Assembly: GCA_041493035.1 (NCBI GenBank)
Contig: JBGPYB010000005.1
Span: forward strand, 1-61,030
DNA: 61,030 bases
Source of the DNA: Vicinamibacteria bacterium
GTDB lineage: Bacteria > Acidobacteriota > Vicinamibacteria > Fen-336
Reading direction: 5' to 3'
Below the pieces are notes generated by a model. It was not told the origin of the DNA, did not search any database, and saw only the letters and a list, made by a program, of their open reading frames with translations. The position numbers were made by a program, and so were the translations under genes. Shown here piece by piece: positions 38,166 through 48,297 of this stretch (positions are counted from its first letter, which is position 1; each line of letters opens with the position of its first letter).

Positions 38166-40352
38166 GTGAGCTTTCGTCCTCTCGGGTTCGCCGTCCTGCT
38201 CCTCGGAGCGCTCCCGGCGGTGGCGTCGGCCCCCACATACTGGTTGCAGGCAACGCCTCGGGATGCGGGCGAGGCGGCGCTGCGGGACGCCCTCGGCGCG
38301 AACGGGTTCACCGGAGGCGCCGCCGCGGCCGCTGCGCTCCAATCGGTTGCGGAGGCGCAGAAGGGAACCGCGACGTCGGGGCTCGCGCGGCTCGCCGCGG
38401 GGCTGATGCTCCAGGACGCGGGACGATCGGCCGAGGCCATCCCGTTTCTGCGCCATCCCGACGTCGCGAAGACGAGCTTGCCCGACTACGCCCTCTGGGC
38501 TCTCGCACAGGCGCTCGACGCCACCAACGACCAGGCCGCGGCGGCAACCTATCTCGCGGCGGCGGAGTCGCGTCCTGACGGGCCGGTGGCGTGCGGCGCG
38601 CTCTTCCGCGCCTCCGAGATCCTGGTGAAGGCGGCGGACCACGCGAAGGCGCTCGAAGCGCTGGGCCGCGTGCAGACGGCCTGCCCCGATCTGCAGCCGC
38701 GAGCGCTCCTCGAGACGGGCGCCGTCTACGAGGCCCTCCGCGACGCGAAGGCGGCGGCCGAGACCTACCATCGACTCGACCGTGACTTCCCGGCGGCGCC
38801 CCAAGCCAAAGAAGCGACCAAGCGTCTCGCCGTGCTGGGCATGGCACTCCCCGCCGAGACCGACGAGTCGCGCACCGCTCGCGACCTGAAGAAGGCCCTC
38901 GCCCTCTTCGACGCCGACAACACCACCGACACCATCGCCGCGCTGCGCTCCCTCCGCGGCAGCAAGCTGGCGCCGAACGACATGGACCTGGTCCGCACGC
39001 GACTCGGCCGTGCTTATTTGACCCTCAAGCGCTATCGCGAAGCCGAGGCGGAACTGGCGGGCGTCGCCACCGAGTCTTCGATGGGCGCCGAAGCCGCGTT
39101 CTTCCGGGCGAAGATCGCGAACCAGACTCGCGGCGCCGTCGATCTGTACGAGGGCGTCGCGGCTCTGTTTCCCGGAACGCCCTGGGGAGAAGAAGCGCTC
39201 CTCGCTCTTGCCAACCACTACCAGAAGGACGCGCGCGACGACGAGGCGCTCCCGTACTTCCGTCGGCTTCTCGAGGGCTACCCGGCGGGGCGGTACGCCG
39301 ACCGCGCCGCGTGGCGCGTGGGATGGGGAGCGTACCGGTCAGGGCACTTCGAGGACGCGGCCCGCGAGTTCGAGAAGGCCGCGCGCCTCCAACCCACGAG
39401 CAACTTCACACCGGGAATGCTGTGCTGGGCCGGCCGAGCGCGGAAGGAGCTGGGGCAGATCGATCGCGCTCAGCAGCTTCTGGCCGAGACGGTGCAGCGT
39501 TACAAGCGCGTCTACCACGGCCTCCGCGCCCTGGAGACGCTGGCCCATCTGCCGAAGCGGGCAGCGCCACAGGCCCCGGCCATTCGCGCTCCCGCCGACG
39601 CCACGGCCGGCGACATCCCGGAGCCCTTCTTGACCCGCGCCCGCCAGCTTCTGCTGATCGATCGACTGGACGCCGCGTATGACGAGCTGAAGGGCGCGCC
39701 GCAGAGCCCACTCGCCCAGGGAACCCTGGCGTGGATCGAATGGCGGCGCGGTCACTTGCGCCCCGCCATCAACGCGATGAAGCGAGCCTATCCCGAGTAC
39801 CTGTCCGAGGCCGGCGACGCGCTCCCCGACGACGTCTGGCGCGTCATGTATCCCATCCAGTACTCCGAGGTGCTGCAGGCCAAAGCCGCGAGCGAAGGGC
39901 TCGACCCGGCTCTCGTAGCGGCGCTCGTCTGCCAGGAGTCCACCTTCGACGCCGGCGCGGTCAGCCGCGCCGGAGCCCGCGGCTTGATGCAGGTGATGCC
40001 ACCCACAGGGCGGACTCTCGCCCGCGCCCTGCGCGTCCGTTACAGCGCGGGCGCCCTCCACGACCCGAACGTCAGCCTCACCTTCGGCACTCACTATCTG
40101 CGCACGCTCGTCGACCACTTCGGCGGTCGAGTGGAGCGCGCCCTCGCCGCCTACAACGCGGGCCCCGAGCGGGTCGAGGCGTGGACGGCCGACAAGCCCG
40201 ACATGCCGGCCGACGAGTTCGTCGAAAGCATCCCGTTCACCGAGACGCGCCTGTACGTGATGGTGGTCCTCGGGGGACGCGAGCAGTATCGTCGAATCTA
40301 CAACTTCGCTCCCACCCCGAAGGCCGCCGAACTCGGGGCTGCCCGCCCGTGA
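38166..40352 (+). CDS. TPR-containing soluble lytic transglycosylase (SLT)
   Basis: [34 protein letters not shown]. Confidence 0.92.
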   Translation: MSFRPLGFAVLLLGALPAVASAPTYWLQATPRDAGEAALRDALGANGFTGGAAAAAALQSVAEAQKGTATSGLARLAAGLMLQDAGRSAEAIPFLRHPDVAKTSLPDYALWALAQALDATNDQAAAATYLAAAESRPDGPVACGALFRASEILVKAADHAKALEALGRVQTACPDLQPRALLETGAVYEALRDAKAAAETYHRLDRDFPAAPQAKEATKRLAVLGMALPAETDESRTARDLKKALALFDADNTTDTIAALRSLRGSKLAPNDMDLVRTRLGRAYLTLKRYREAEAELAGVATESSMGAEAAFFRAKIANQTRGAVDLYEGVAALFPGTPWGEEALLALANHYQKDARDDEALPYFRRLLEGYPAGRYADRAAWRVGWGAYRSGHFEDAAREFEKAARLQPTSNFTPGMLCWAGRARKELGQIDRAQQLLAETVQRYKRVYHGLRALETLAHLPKRAAPQAPAIRAPADATAGDIPEPFLTRARQLLLIDRLDAAYDELKGAPQSPLAQGTLAWIEWRRGHLRPAINAMKRAYPEYLSEAGDALPDDVWRVMYPIQYSEVLQAKAASEGLDPALVAALVCQESTFDAGAVSRAGARGLMQVMPPTGRTLARALRVRYSAGALHDPNVSLTFGTHYLRTLVDHFGGRVERALAAYNAGPERVEAWTADKPDMPADEFVESIPFTETRLYVMVVLGGREQYRRIYNFAPTPKAAELGAARP

Positions 40353-40417
40353 GCTTCCGGATCGGCGACTTCAAGAGGCAGATCGATCCGGCGCTCCTCT
40401 CGCGCCAAGGGAGGACC

Positions 40418-41158
40418 ATGCGCACCGACGGCCGCGCCCCGGACCAACTCCGCGAGGTGAAGATCACCACGCGTTACATGAAGCATGCCGAAGGATCGGC
40501 CCTCATCGAGGTGGGCGACACACGCGTCGCCTGCACCGTGAGCGTCGAGGATCGTGTCCCGCCGTTCCTCAAGGGCAAGGGCGAAGGGTGGATCACGGCG
40601 GAGTACGGCATGCTCCCACGTGCCACCGGCACGCGGTCTCAGCGCGAGGTCACGAAAGGTCGCGCCTCGGGACGCACCCACGAGATCCAACGACTCGTGG
40701 GGCGCTCCCTTCGCGCCATCGTCGACTTGCGGGCACTCGGAGAACGGACGCTCTGGGTCGACTGCGACGTGATCCAAGCCGACGGCGGCACGCGCACGGC
40801 CTCGATCACCGGAGCCTTTGTGGCGCTCGTGGAAGCGCTCCGCCACATGAAGAAGGCGGACACGCTCCAGGCCTTGCCGATCACCGACTTCGTGGCCGCC
40901 ACCTCAGTAGGCAAGGTGGGGGGCGAGGTCCTCCTGGACCTCAACTACGACGAGGACTCGAAGGCCGAGGTCGACATGAACATCGTAAAGACCGGCAGCG
41001 GGCTCTTCGTCGAGGTGCAGGGGACCGCCGAGGAGGCGCCCTTCAGCGGAGACGAATTGGCCAAGCTGATGGCCGCCGCCGACAAGGGTATCGCCGACCT
41101 GGTCGCTTTGCAGAAGAAGGCGCTCGGCGACGTCCCGTTGCTCAAGCCGAAGGCTTGA
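40418..41158 (+). CDS. rph: Ribonuclease PH
   Basis: [50 protein letters not shown]; GGAGG RBS. Confidence 0.97.
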   Translation: MRTDGRAPDQLREVKITTRYMKHAEGSALIEVGDTRVACTVSVEDRVPPFLKGKGEGWITAEYGMLPRATGTRSQREVTKGRASGRTHEIQRLVGRSLRAIVDLRALGERTLWVDCDVIQADGGTRTASITGAFVALVEALRHMKKADTLQALPITDFVAATSVGKVGGEVLLDLNYDEDSKAEVDMNIVKTGSGLFVEVQGTAEEAPFSGDELAKLMAAADKGIADLVALQKKALGDVPLLKPKA

Positions 41159-41186
41159 CGCCTCCTTGCTGGGCTTCGATCGGACC

Positions 41187-42218
41187 ATGAACATCCGGAT
41201 TCCGGAGAAGAACAAGAAGGCCGGCGTTTGCTACGCCGTCACGCGGGACGGCCTCGAGCTTCCCGTCGTCGACGTCACGCATCCCGCCTTCGTCCTGACC
41301 GTCAGCGACGAAACCCTCGCCGAGCTGACGCGGGTGTTTGTTCGAGACGAAGAACGCCGGGCCAAGATGCCCGCTTTCCTCCAGGAACTGCTCTTCTGGC
41401 TCGTGCTCCGAGGTTCGGTCCTTGGACGCGGGATCCTCGCTGCCGACGGAACGTTCGTCACCGGCATGAACACCTACCTGATGAAGCTCGGCCCCGACAA
41501 CCTGGGGGCCGGATACGCGGGGAACATCGACCGACGTATCGCGGCAGCGCTGCCGCCGCTCTCGGTGCGCCTGCGCTTGCAAGACGTGGCGCGACTCCTC
41601 GCCGATGGCCTCGCTCCAGCCCTTGGCTCACGACCGGGTCGGCCCCTGCGTTTGCTGAACATCGCCGGTGGGCCCGCCGCCGACAGCCTGAACGCCCTGA
41701 TCCTCATCCGGAAGGAGCACCCGGAATGGCTGGCCGGTCGCTCGGTCCGCATCGAGGTCCTCGACGGTGACGACGAAGGGCCCGAGTTCGGTGCGCGCGC
41801 CCTGGCAACATTGCTGTCCGAGGGCGTTTCACTCCACGGCGCCGAGATCGGCCTCGAACACGTCCCCTACGACTGGAAGGATGTGGAGGCGTTGCGCAAG
41901 CGGCTGGACGGCGCGGACACGGGCGACACGATCATCGCCGCGTCGTCCGAAGGTGGACTCTTCGAGTACGGCTCCGACGACGAGATCGTCGCCAACCTGG
42001 CGGTGCTGCGCGGCGCCACGCCCGCGGACTCCATCATGGTTGGCTCCGTGACACGAGGCGAAGGCCCGGCGCAGCAGGTGAAAGCCTCGACTCGAGTCGC
42101 CAGCCGCCCGCGTACCCTCGAGGCTTTCACCGCTCTGGTCCACCGCTCCGGCTGGACGGTCGCGCGTGCCCTCAAGGCCCCGTTCAGCTACAACGTCAGC
42201 CTGCGCCCCCGAAACTAG
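41187..42218 (+). CDS. Conserved hypothetical protein, SAM-methyltransferase-like fold
   Basis: LLNIAGGPA glycine loop, VLDGD, SEGGLFEY. Confidence 0.7.
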   Translation: MNIRIPEKNKKAGVCYAVTRDGLELPVVDVTHPAFVLTVSDETLAELTRVFVRDEERRAKMPAFLQELLFWLVLRGSVLGRGILAADGTFVTGMNTYLMKLGPDNLGAGYAGNIDRRIAAALPPLSVRLRLQDVARLLADGLAPALGSRPGRPLRLLNIAGGPAADSLNALILIRKEHPEWLAGRSVRIEVLDGDDEGPEFGARALATLLSEGVSLHGAEIGLEHVPYDWKDVEALRKRLDGADTGDTIIAASSEGGLFEYGSDDEIVANLAVLRGATPADSIMVGSVTRGEGPAQQVKASTRVASRPRTLEAFTALVHRSGWTVARALKAPFSYNVSLRPRN

Positions 42219-42233
42219 AGCCTCGCGCCGTGG

Positions 42234-42530
42234 TCAGCGGTGGCGCCAATAGTCGGGCCGCCTCTTCGCGTGGGCAACGGCGACGATCCAGACAACGTCG
42301 TCCTCGAAACGATAGACGACGCTGAAGGGATAGCGATCCAGCACGAAACGGCGAGTCTTGCGTCGCGAAGGGCTCCCAGAGCCCGGGGACGTCCTGATCA
42401 GATAAGGCGCTCGTTCGATCTCCACCAGGAACCCGTCCGCTGCTTGAGTGCTGCGCTCGCTGTACCAAGTCGCGGCGCGAGCTACGTCATCGGCGGCGCC
42501 CCGGAGGAGCCTAAGGGCGCTTGCGGCCAC
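42234..42530 (-). CDS. ParE/RelE-family toxin
   Basis: A..D...A..WY, RYPFSVVY, IVAVAHAKRRPDYW. Confidence 0.88.
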   Translation of the reverse strand: MAASALRLLRGAADDVARAATWYSERSTQAADGFLVEIERAPYLIRTSPGSGSPSRRKTRRFVLDRYPFSVVYRFEDDVVWIVAVAHAKRRPDYWRHR

Positions 42531-42756
42531 TCCGAGCCCGAAGAATGCCAGCCTTTACCTCAGGCCATTCGACCGAAGACGCCTTCTGGCGAGCGAACTG
42601 GGCAAGTCGGCGATCGATCTCGCGATTCCAAGACTGATGGGCGTCGGCGTCCCGGCCGGGGTCCAGGCTAAGGATCAGGTTACCCGCGAGGTCGGCTCGC
42701 GCCTTCACCGGAAGGCGGAGGGCTTCCTCGAGCAACGTCGCAGTTCGTGCGGCCAT
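42511..42756 (-). CDS. Addiction-module antitoxin (TIGR02574-like)
   Basis: EALRLP...RA.LA..L..SL, W..EIDRR, VEWPEV. Confidence 0.88.
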   Translation of the reverse strand: MAARTATLLEEALRLPVKARADLAGNLILSLDPGRDADAHQSWNREIDRRLAQFARQKASSVEWPEVKAGILRARSGRKRP

Positions 42757-42795
42757 GGCCCGAGGATACCACCAGGCCGGACACGTGGGGTCCGT

Positions 42796-43389
42796 TTACT
42801 GGAGGGTCGCGAGGAACTCCCGGAGCCGGGCGAAGGCCTTGCCGCGGTGGCTCACGCGGTCCTTCTCCTCGTGGCTCACTTCGCCGAAGGTCTTGCCGAA
42901 GGGCGGATAGAAGAAGAGCGGGTCGTAGCCGAAGCCATTCGGGCCGCACACTCCCTCGGCGATGCGCCCCTCGACGGTCTCCACGACCTGGAACAGGATC
43001 TCCGCGCCCCGCGCCACCGCAACCGCGCTCGTGAACCGCGCGCCGCGGCGCTCGGCGGGAACCCCCATCAACCGCTCGAGCAGCAGCCGGTTCCGGTCGG
43101 CGTCCGTCGCTCCTTCGCCGCCGAAGCGGCTCGAGTAAAGTCCCGGCTCTCCGTTCATCGCGTCGACGGCGAGCCCGGAGTCGTCGGCGACCGCCAGCAG
43201 GCCCGATCGCTGCGCGTAGTGCTGCGCCTTGAGGATCGCGTTAGAGGCGAAGCTCGTCCCCGTCTCCTCGGGAGCCTCCAGGATCCCCACGTCACGCGGC
43301 CCCACGATGCGGAACGAGAGCCCCTCGACCAGCACCTTCATTTCGGCGAGCTTCCCCGGATTCTGGCTGGCGATGAGGAGGTCGGTCAT
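42796..43389 (-). CDS. rdgB: Non-canonical purine NTP pyrophosphatase RdgB (HAM1)
   Basis: ASQNPGKLAE, ADDSGL, PGLYSSR, GFGYDPLF, SHRGKA. Confidence 0.96.
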   Translation of the reverse strand: MTDLLIASQNPGKLAEMKVLVEGLSFRIVGPRDVGILEAPEETGTSFASNAILKAQHYAQRSGLLAVADDSGLAVDAMNGEPGLYSSRFGGEGATDADRNRLLLERLMGVPAERRGARFTSAVAVARGAEILFQVVETVEGRIAEGVCGPNGFGYDPLFFYPPFGKTFGEVSHEEKDRVSHRGKAFARLREFLATLQ

Positions 43390-43463
43390 CCCGAGCATCA
43401 TACTGAAGCCCCCGGCCCGCGTGTTACGATTGTCCGTCGGATCTCGCACGCGGAATCCACGAA

Positions 43464-43541
<78 letters not shown>

Positions 43542-43589
43542 TTTGATTCAGTCAGTTACATTGGAACGCCGAATCCGACCAGAGACCGA

Positions 43590-43609
43590 ATTGGTAGCAC
43601 ATTGGTAGC
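43590..43609. repeat. Tandem ATTGGTAGC direct repeat (candidate integrase arm-type sites)
   Basis: 9-mer at 43590-43598 and 43601-43609 (11-bp period), about 50 bp inside the left junction. Confidence 0.55.
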
Positions 43610-43675
43610 GACAGACGCGTACAGGCGGGGGCGGGCGGAGGCCTGCGGTTTCACTGCCTCGAGAGGTTCTCTGGT

Positions 43676-44799
43676 ATGAGTGCGAGCATGACGCGGGAGC
43701 AAGCCCTCGCTCTCCTCGCAGAACTCGCGGAACGGAAGACTATCGGGAATATTGCGGCGGATAGGGCGCAGTTCATCGCGTGGGCCGCGCAGGGAGAGAG
43801 CGCACTAACCACCCTCCTCCCCCCCTCCGACCCCCTCCTCCAACGGTATCGACGCTCGATCGATCGGTACGACAAGGGCGGCGTCGATGTACTAGAAGCC
43901 GTCACCGCCGTTCTCGGCATGTTTGACGCGTGCAAGGCCGTTGCGGAAAAAGTGTCCATGCACGAACTGGGGGCCAGACGATCGCTTCCAGCCCAGCCCC
44001 GTCAATCTTCATCTCCCACTCATCGATCGACGCGGCGCTCGCGAACCTCGTGGCCGACCTGCTGCAATCCGTCCTGCGACTCGGGCCGACGGAGCTCCGC
44101 TGCACCAGCGTTGATGCCTACAGCCTTGACGGCGGGGTCGACATCGACGACAAGATCCGAGCCGAGGCACTGGGGGCCAAGGTGGTCATCGGCCTCATCT
44201 CCTTCGCGAGTCTCGACTCCCTATACGTCGCCTTTGAACTCGGGGCGCGCTGGGGCGCAGGAACGCTTCTCATTCCCATCCTCGCAACCGGCGTACCGGT
44301 GTCGAGCATCAAGAGTGGGCCTCTGGGCGGGAAGCGAGCGCTCCGTTTGGACAACCGCAGCAACCTCCACCGGCTCGTTGATCAGGTCGGGAAAGAGCTC
44401 AAGATTGAGCCGAACCCTGCCGCCTCCTACCAAACGAAAACCGACGCTATCGTCTCGCTCGCAAACGCAACGCCGTCACCCACTGAGGCTCCCGCCGCGC
44501 GGCCAGGACCATTGTCGGCAAGGGATAAGGGCGAGAGATTGTTGAACAGCAACGCCGACGCGCGAAAGGTGTTCGAGATCCTCGCGGAGGCCGATCCCGG
44601 AGTTACTGTTTCACTCGCGCACATCAGGGACACACTCGCGAACCTCAAGCTCAGCCTTCGTCCGCAGCGCCTGCAGTTCGTTGTTGAGGCCCTGATGAGT
44701 TGCGGAGTGGTGGACGGGTATGAGCAGTACAAGGGCCCCTACGGCTACGACCTCAACTCGGATGGGCGGGCGCTCGCGGCTGAACGAGGGGTCATCTGA
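43676..44799 (+). CDS. Helical NTD - TIR - winged-helix protein, split by a single-base frameshift near the G5 run 43969-43973
   Basis: TIR motifs IFISHSS.D, VIGLIS..S..S.YVAFELGA.W, LIPIL in frame 43930-44799; helical N-terminus in frame 43676; one extra G joins them. Confidence 0.8.
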
Positions 44800-44838
44800 C
44801 TCTTCATTGCGGAACGATCAGCCTGACGAGATAGCACA

Positions 44839-45166
44839 ATGGCAAGCGGGAGGGGCAAGTCGAAGGCGGCGCGACCTAGGCGACACGAGCAACCTCCCTC
44901 TTCAGAGCTACCTCACGGCGCACGGGGGTCCGGAGGCCTATGGTGTCAGCTTCGAGGGGATGAACATGCTCGTCTGCAACGCCCCTCCCGACGACCCTTC
45001 GTTCGCGGGGATGCGGGCGGCCTTCCCTGCCGGAACGGACTTCCGGCTCGACACGCTTCGGGTTCTGGAGATGCCGGAAGACCAGATGCGAATCTCGTTC
45101 AATTGGGACGATCCCGACGAGCTACACATCCTCGATCCCCTTGGCCGCCTGACGCCGAGGCGCTGA
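44839..45166 (+). CDS. Small hypothetical protein in the island (start uncertain, possible frameshift near 44895)
   Basis: Protein-like frame PLQSYLTAHGGPEAYGVSFEGMNMLVCN...WDDPDELHILDP ending at 45166; the nearest upstream ATG (44839) is in another frame. Confidence 0.45.
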
Positions 45167-45352
45167 TGGGGTTTCGACGATGCGACAAAGCCTACGCGGC
45201 CCGCCTTCGGCGCTAACGCGCGCCCGGCCGAACGCGAGCGACCGTTGCCAGGACGAGTGCATGTCCGTTTGCCTGTATGAACGTCGTGTGAATGGAGGAT
45301 TGAGAAGCATCGACGAAGCGCGGCGGCGTATGCTGTGGGGCGGGTGGACGCG

Positions 45353-45919
45353 ATGGCTAAGGTGACTGTTCGGTTCGGGCTTCTCAGCCGAGGGGCGACG
45401 TTCTTTTCGAGTGACGAAGGTGATGCTGCGGCCCTCGTGAAGCGGGACGCGACATCGGCCTTCGTCGACGGGAGCGACTCCCAAATCGTTGAGGGCTTTT
45501 CGCCACTTCAGATTGTCTTCATCAGCGGCCCGGAACCGCAAAAAATCGAGGAGAAGTTCTCGCCCGAGCGAGTCGCCTGGCTTCGCACGCTCCGCGAGTT
45601 GGGCCGCTCGTGGTCCGCGCTCTCGAAGGACACCGGGATACCGCAGTCGACCCTTCGCTACCACCTCGATCCCGAGTTCCGAGAAAAGAATTCGAAGCGG
45701 TCCAAGGAACACTACCGAACCTACGCCGCGAGGCTAGCCTTCTTTGGAAGAGCGTCTCACCGACGCTCCGGGCGGCAATGGACCCTCGCCTACTCGTGCC
45801 CGGCTATACTTCGGCCCGAAGTCACTCTCGACCGGAATGGAACGCACGCCGCCCCACGAATCCGAGCGGAAGGCCCAACGAGACCCCGAATTCAAGGACG
45901 CGGGCTGGACAGCATCTGA
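45353..45919 (+). CDS. Hypothetical helix-turn-helix protein
   Basis: LRELGRSWSALSKDTGIPQSTLRYHL HTH pattern; C-terminal third looks like run-on sequence. Confidence 0.6.
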   Translation: MAKVTVRFGLLSRGATFFSSDEGDAAALVKRDATSAFVDGSDSQIVEGFSPLQIVFISGPEPQKIEEKFSPERVAWLRTLRELGRSWSALSKDTGIPQSTLRYHLDPEFREKNSKRSKEHYRTYAARLAFFGRASHRRSGRQWTLAYSCPAILRPEVTLDRNGTHAAPRIRAEGPTRPRIQGRGLDSI

Positions 45920-45970
45920 TTCGCCTCGCGACCCCACTCGCCGGAGGCGGCCCGGACGTGGTGAGGCGCA

Positions 45971-46041
45971 ATGATGGGCAAGAAGGCCCTCAACGAAACC
46001 GAGGCCTGCCAGAACTTCATCACTCCTGCCATCGTCGGGGC

Positions 46042-46042
<1 letters not shown>
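45971..46042 (+). pseudogene. hsdR: N-terminal stub of a type I restriction endonuclease R subunit (EcoAI/EcoEI-like HsdR)
   Basis: MMGKKALNETEACQNFITPAIVGA matches the recalled KK.L.E.DIC.K.ITPA...AGW start; GAGG RBS; ends at the att repeat. Confidence 0.7.
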
Positions 46043-46078
<36 letters not shown>

Positions 46079-46205
46079 AGGGACGTGGAAGTCCTCGCCG
46101 CCTTCCCCACCCCCGAACGGGCCGCAATCCCACGCCCTTCAGGTGATCCAACGTCAGCGGGAAGCGGTGCGTGGGTCGGAAGGATCGCCGCTCCCGATCG
46201 GGCGT

Positions 46206-46604
46206 TCAGATGAACGACACGTCGCTTGCAGCCGCCGATACCACGAAGCAGCGCTCGTTGTTCGAGTCACCATCGGCGGGGACGACAAAGAAGCCGGGGC
46301 GGCCGGGCTGGTATCCTTGCGTAGTCCCGACAATGATCTCGCCGTCCTTGAACGTGACGCGGATCTTCCGGCCCAGGGCGGGCTTGTGGGGATCGAATTC
46401 GTTCCGCTTGGCGTGCTCCGGATGCCCGGCGAGGTCTTTCACGAAGAACACCGCCTTGACATCCTGGAGCCGCACTTCGGCCGGCCTGGTTCCCGGGGCG
46501 GCTCCCGCTTCCGTAACATGGAACGCATCTTTGTTGGGCAGGAAGTCGTTCGTCGTTCCCTTGAGCGTGTGTCCGTCTTGATAGCGTACGACGATCGTGT
46601 TCAT
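46206..46604 (-). CDS. DUF6982-like protein (two internal repeats)
   Basis: VVRYQDGHTLKGTT / VTFKDGEIIVGTT duplication, KAVFFVKD, GFFVVPAD..SNNER. Confidence 0.8.
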   Translation of the reverse strand: MNTIVVRYQDGHTLKGTTNDFLPNKDAFHVTEAGAAPGTRPAEVRLQDVKAVFFVKDLAGHPEHAKRNEFDPHKPALGRKIRVTFKDGEIIVGTTQGYQPGRPGFFVVPADGDSNNERCFVVSAAASDVSFI

Positions 46605-46876
46605 CGCCGGTTCCTTTGCAGCGGCCGCTCCAGCCGGGCCCTCAGCTCGGCTAGGAGGCCAGCCAAGTCAGAGCTTCTTCTTCGCCAAAGACTGCCAACT
46701 GATCTCGCCCGTTGGGCGGAGATAGGCGCAGCCGTCTTGAATAGTGAAGTGCTCGAGAGGCACCGGGGGCCTCCTTCTCTTCTTACCGTTCTCAATAACC
46801 GGATTGTATCCCCCCTCCGTTCACGGGGCGTAGAATCGCAGAGATTTGCCGGATCGGCGCCTTTGCCCGGGCTGAA

Positions 46877-47299
46877 ATGAACCTCATCGGCCTGGCCTTG
46901 CGTGTTCTGTTGCCGCTCGGCGGCGCCGTCGTGCTCGCATGGCTTCTGTTGCTCGTGTTCCTGTCGAGGACCCGCCCTCGGGGCTTGGCCCTGGAGGAGG
47001 CCTTGCGCCTGGTTCCGGACACGGTGCGCCTGCTGGGAAGGCTGGCGGCCGACCGGACGCTTCCCAAGGGCGTTCGCGTCCGCCTTGTGCTCGCCCTGGT
47101 CTATCTGGCCCTCCCCCTCGACCTTGTTCCCGACTTCATTCCTGTGATCGGCTTCGCGGATGACGCCATCGTGCTGTGCGCGGTCCTGCGCTCCGTGGTC
47201 AGACGGGCCGGCCCGGAGGCTGTTCGCCGTCATTGGCCCGGGACCAACGACGGCTTGGCCGCGCTGTGGCGGGTGGCGGGTCTTCCCGGCACTGCGTAA
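46877..47299 (+). CDS. YkvA / DUF1232 family membrane protein
   Basis: YLALPLDLVPDFIPVIGFADD. Confidence 0.9.
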   Translation: MNLIGLALRVLLPLGGAVVLAWLLLLVFLSRTRPRGLALEEALRLVPDTVRLLGRLAADRTLPKGVRVRLVLALVYLALPLDLVPDFIPVIGFADDAIVLCAVLRSVVRRAGPEAVRRHWPGTNDGLAALWRVAGLPGTA

Positions 47300-47316
47300 T
47301 GGTTGGCGGCGTCTCG

Positions 47317-48210
47317 TTACGGCTTGGGGTGAGCCTTGAAATAGGCCCACAGAGCATCCTCCCACGCCGGACCGAAGGCTGGGACGTGGGCGCCGCCTTC
47401 GATCGTCCATAGGCCCACGGCGCCGCCCGGCGGACAGCCTTCGTAGGTCTCGCTGCGGGTCTCCGCGCCGGGGATCCACGTGTCCAGATCCTTGTCGGCG
47501 CCAGCCGCCTCGAGGGTGCCGGTGCAGCCATTCTTCTGCGCCCAGGTCGCGACGGTCTGCGGCGCCGATGGGTACGCCGCGCTGCCGGTATACAGGATCG
47601 TCTGGTCGGCGTCGCCGTGCACCTGGAGCACGTTCACGAGGGAAGCCGCGGTGCAGCGACTGGCGTCCTGCCACACCGCGCCGGCCAGGCTGACGATCGC
47701 GGCGAAACGGTCACCTCTGTCGCAGGCGAGTCGATGGGCCATGAAGCCTCCGTTCGAGTGTCCCGCCACATACACGCGCTTGGGATCCACGTTGTAGTGT
47801 GCCGCGACGTCGTCGACCACCGCGCCCAGGTAGGCGACGTCGTCCACCGGTTTGCCGTAGAAGTTGCAGCAGGCGTCCGTGGCGTCCCAGAACCGATTGC
47901 CCGCGGCGTCGGTCAGCCCGTCGGGATAGGCAAGCAGGTAGCCGTGCTTGTCGGCGCCGGCGAGGACGCCGAAATACTGCGCCAGGTTGCCGCCGTTGCT
48001 CCCGTAGCCGTGCAAGACGATCAGGAGGGGCGTGGGCGCCGACGGAGAATAGCGGCTGGGCACTTTGAAGCTGTAGGGGCGAGCTTGCACAAGAGGGACG
48101 GGGCTCGCACTGGGCGCGGGCGTGGGCTCGCCCCCGCCACCACAGCCGGCGAGCATCGCAGCAACCACGAGCGGGCTCCATCTCGGTGCCGCGACCCGGG
48201 AGAGATTCAT
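47317..48210 (-). CDS. Lipoprotein esterase, PHB-depolymerase/LpqC family
   Basis: Lipobox LAGC, LHGYG, GHSNGG nucleophile, HGDAD, GGAH. Confidence 0.88.
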   Translation of the reverse strand: MNLSRVAAPRWSPLVVAAMLAGCGGGGEPTPAPSASPVPLVQARPYSFKVPSRYSPSAPTPLLIVLHGYGSNGGNLAQYFGVLAGADKHGYLLAYPDGLTDAAGNRFWDATDACCNFYGKPVDDVAYLGAVVDDVAAHYNVDPKRVYVAGHSNGGFMAHRLACDRGDRFAAIVSLAGAVWQDASRCTAASLVNVLQVHGDADQTILYTGSAAYPSAPQTVATWAQKNGCTGTLEAAGADKDLDTWIPGAETRSETYEGCPPGGAVGLWTIEGGAHVPAFGPAWEDALWAYFKAHPKP

Positions 48211-48297
48211 GGACTGCTATTCTAGGTCCATCCCCCAGGGGCCTCGCGTGCGTCAGGGGTACGTCAAATCGCTCCTACGGTCTGCTACGCTCAAGCC

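Noticed and set aside
39731-40417. Long N-terminal extensions on rph (also on amgK, rimO, iorA/iorB, DUF1501 and the BNR protein)
   Set aside because: The extensions overlap upstream genes in other frames; RBS or overlap evidence supports the shorter starts
43930-44799. Calling the TIR gene Thoeris, CBASS or Pycsar
   Set aside because: No ThsA (SIR2/Macro/SLOG), cyclase, STING or cNMP-binding partner is visible in the island or window
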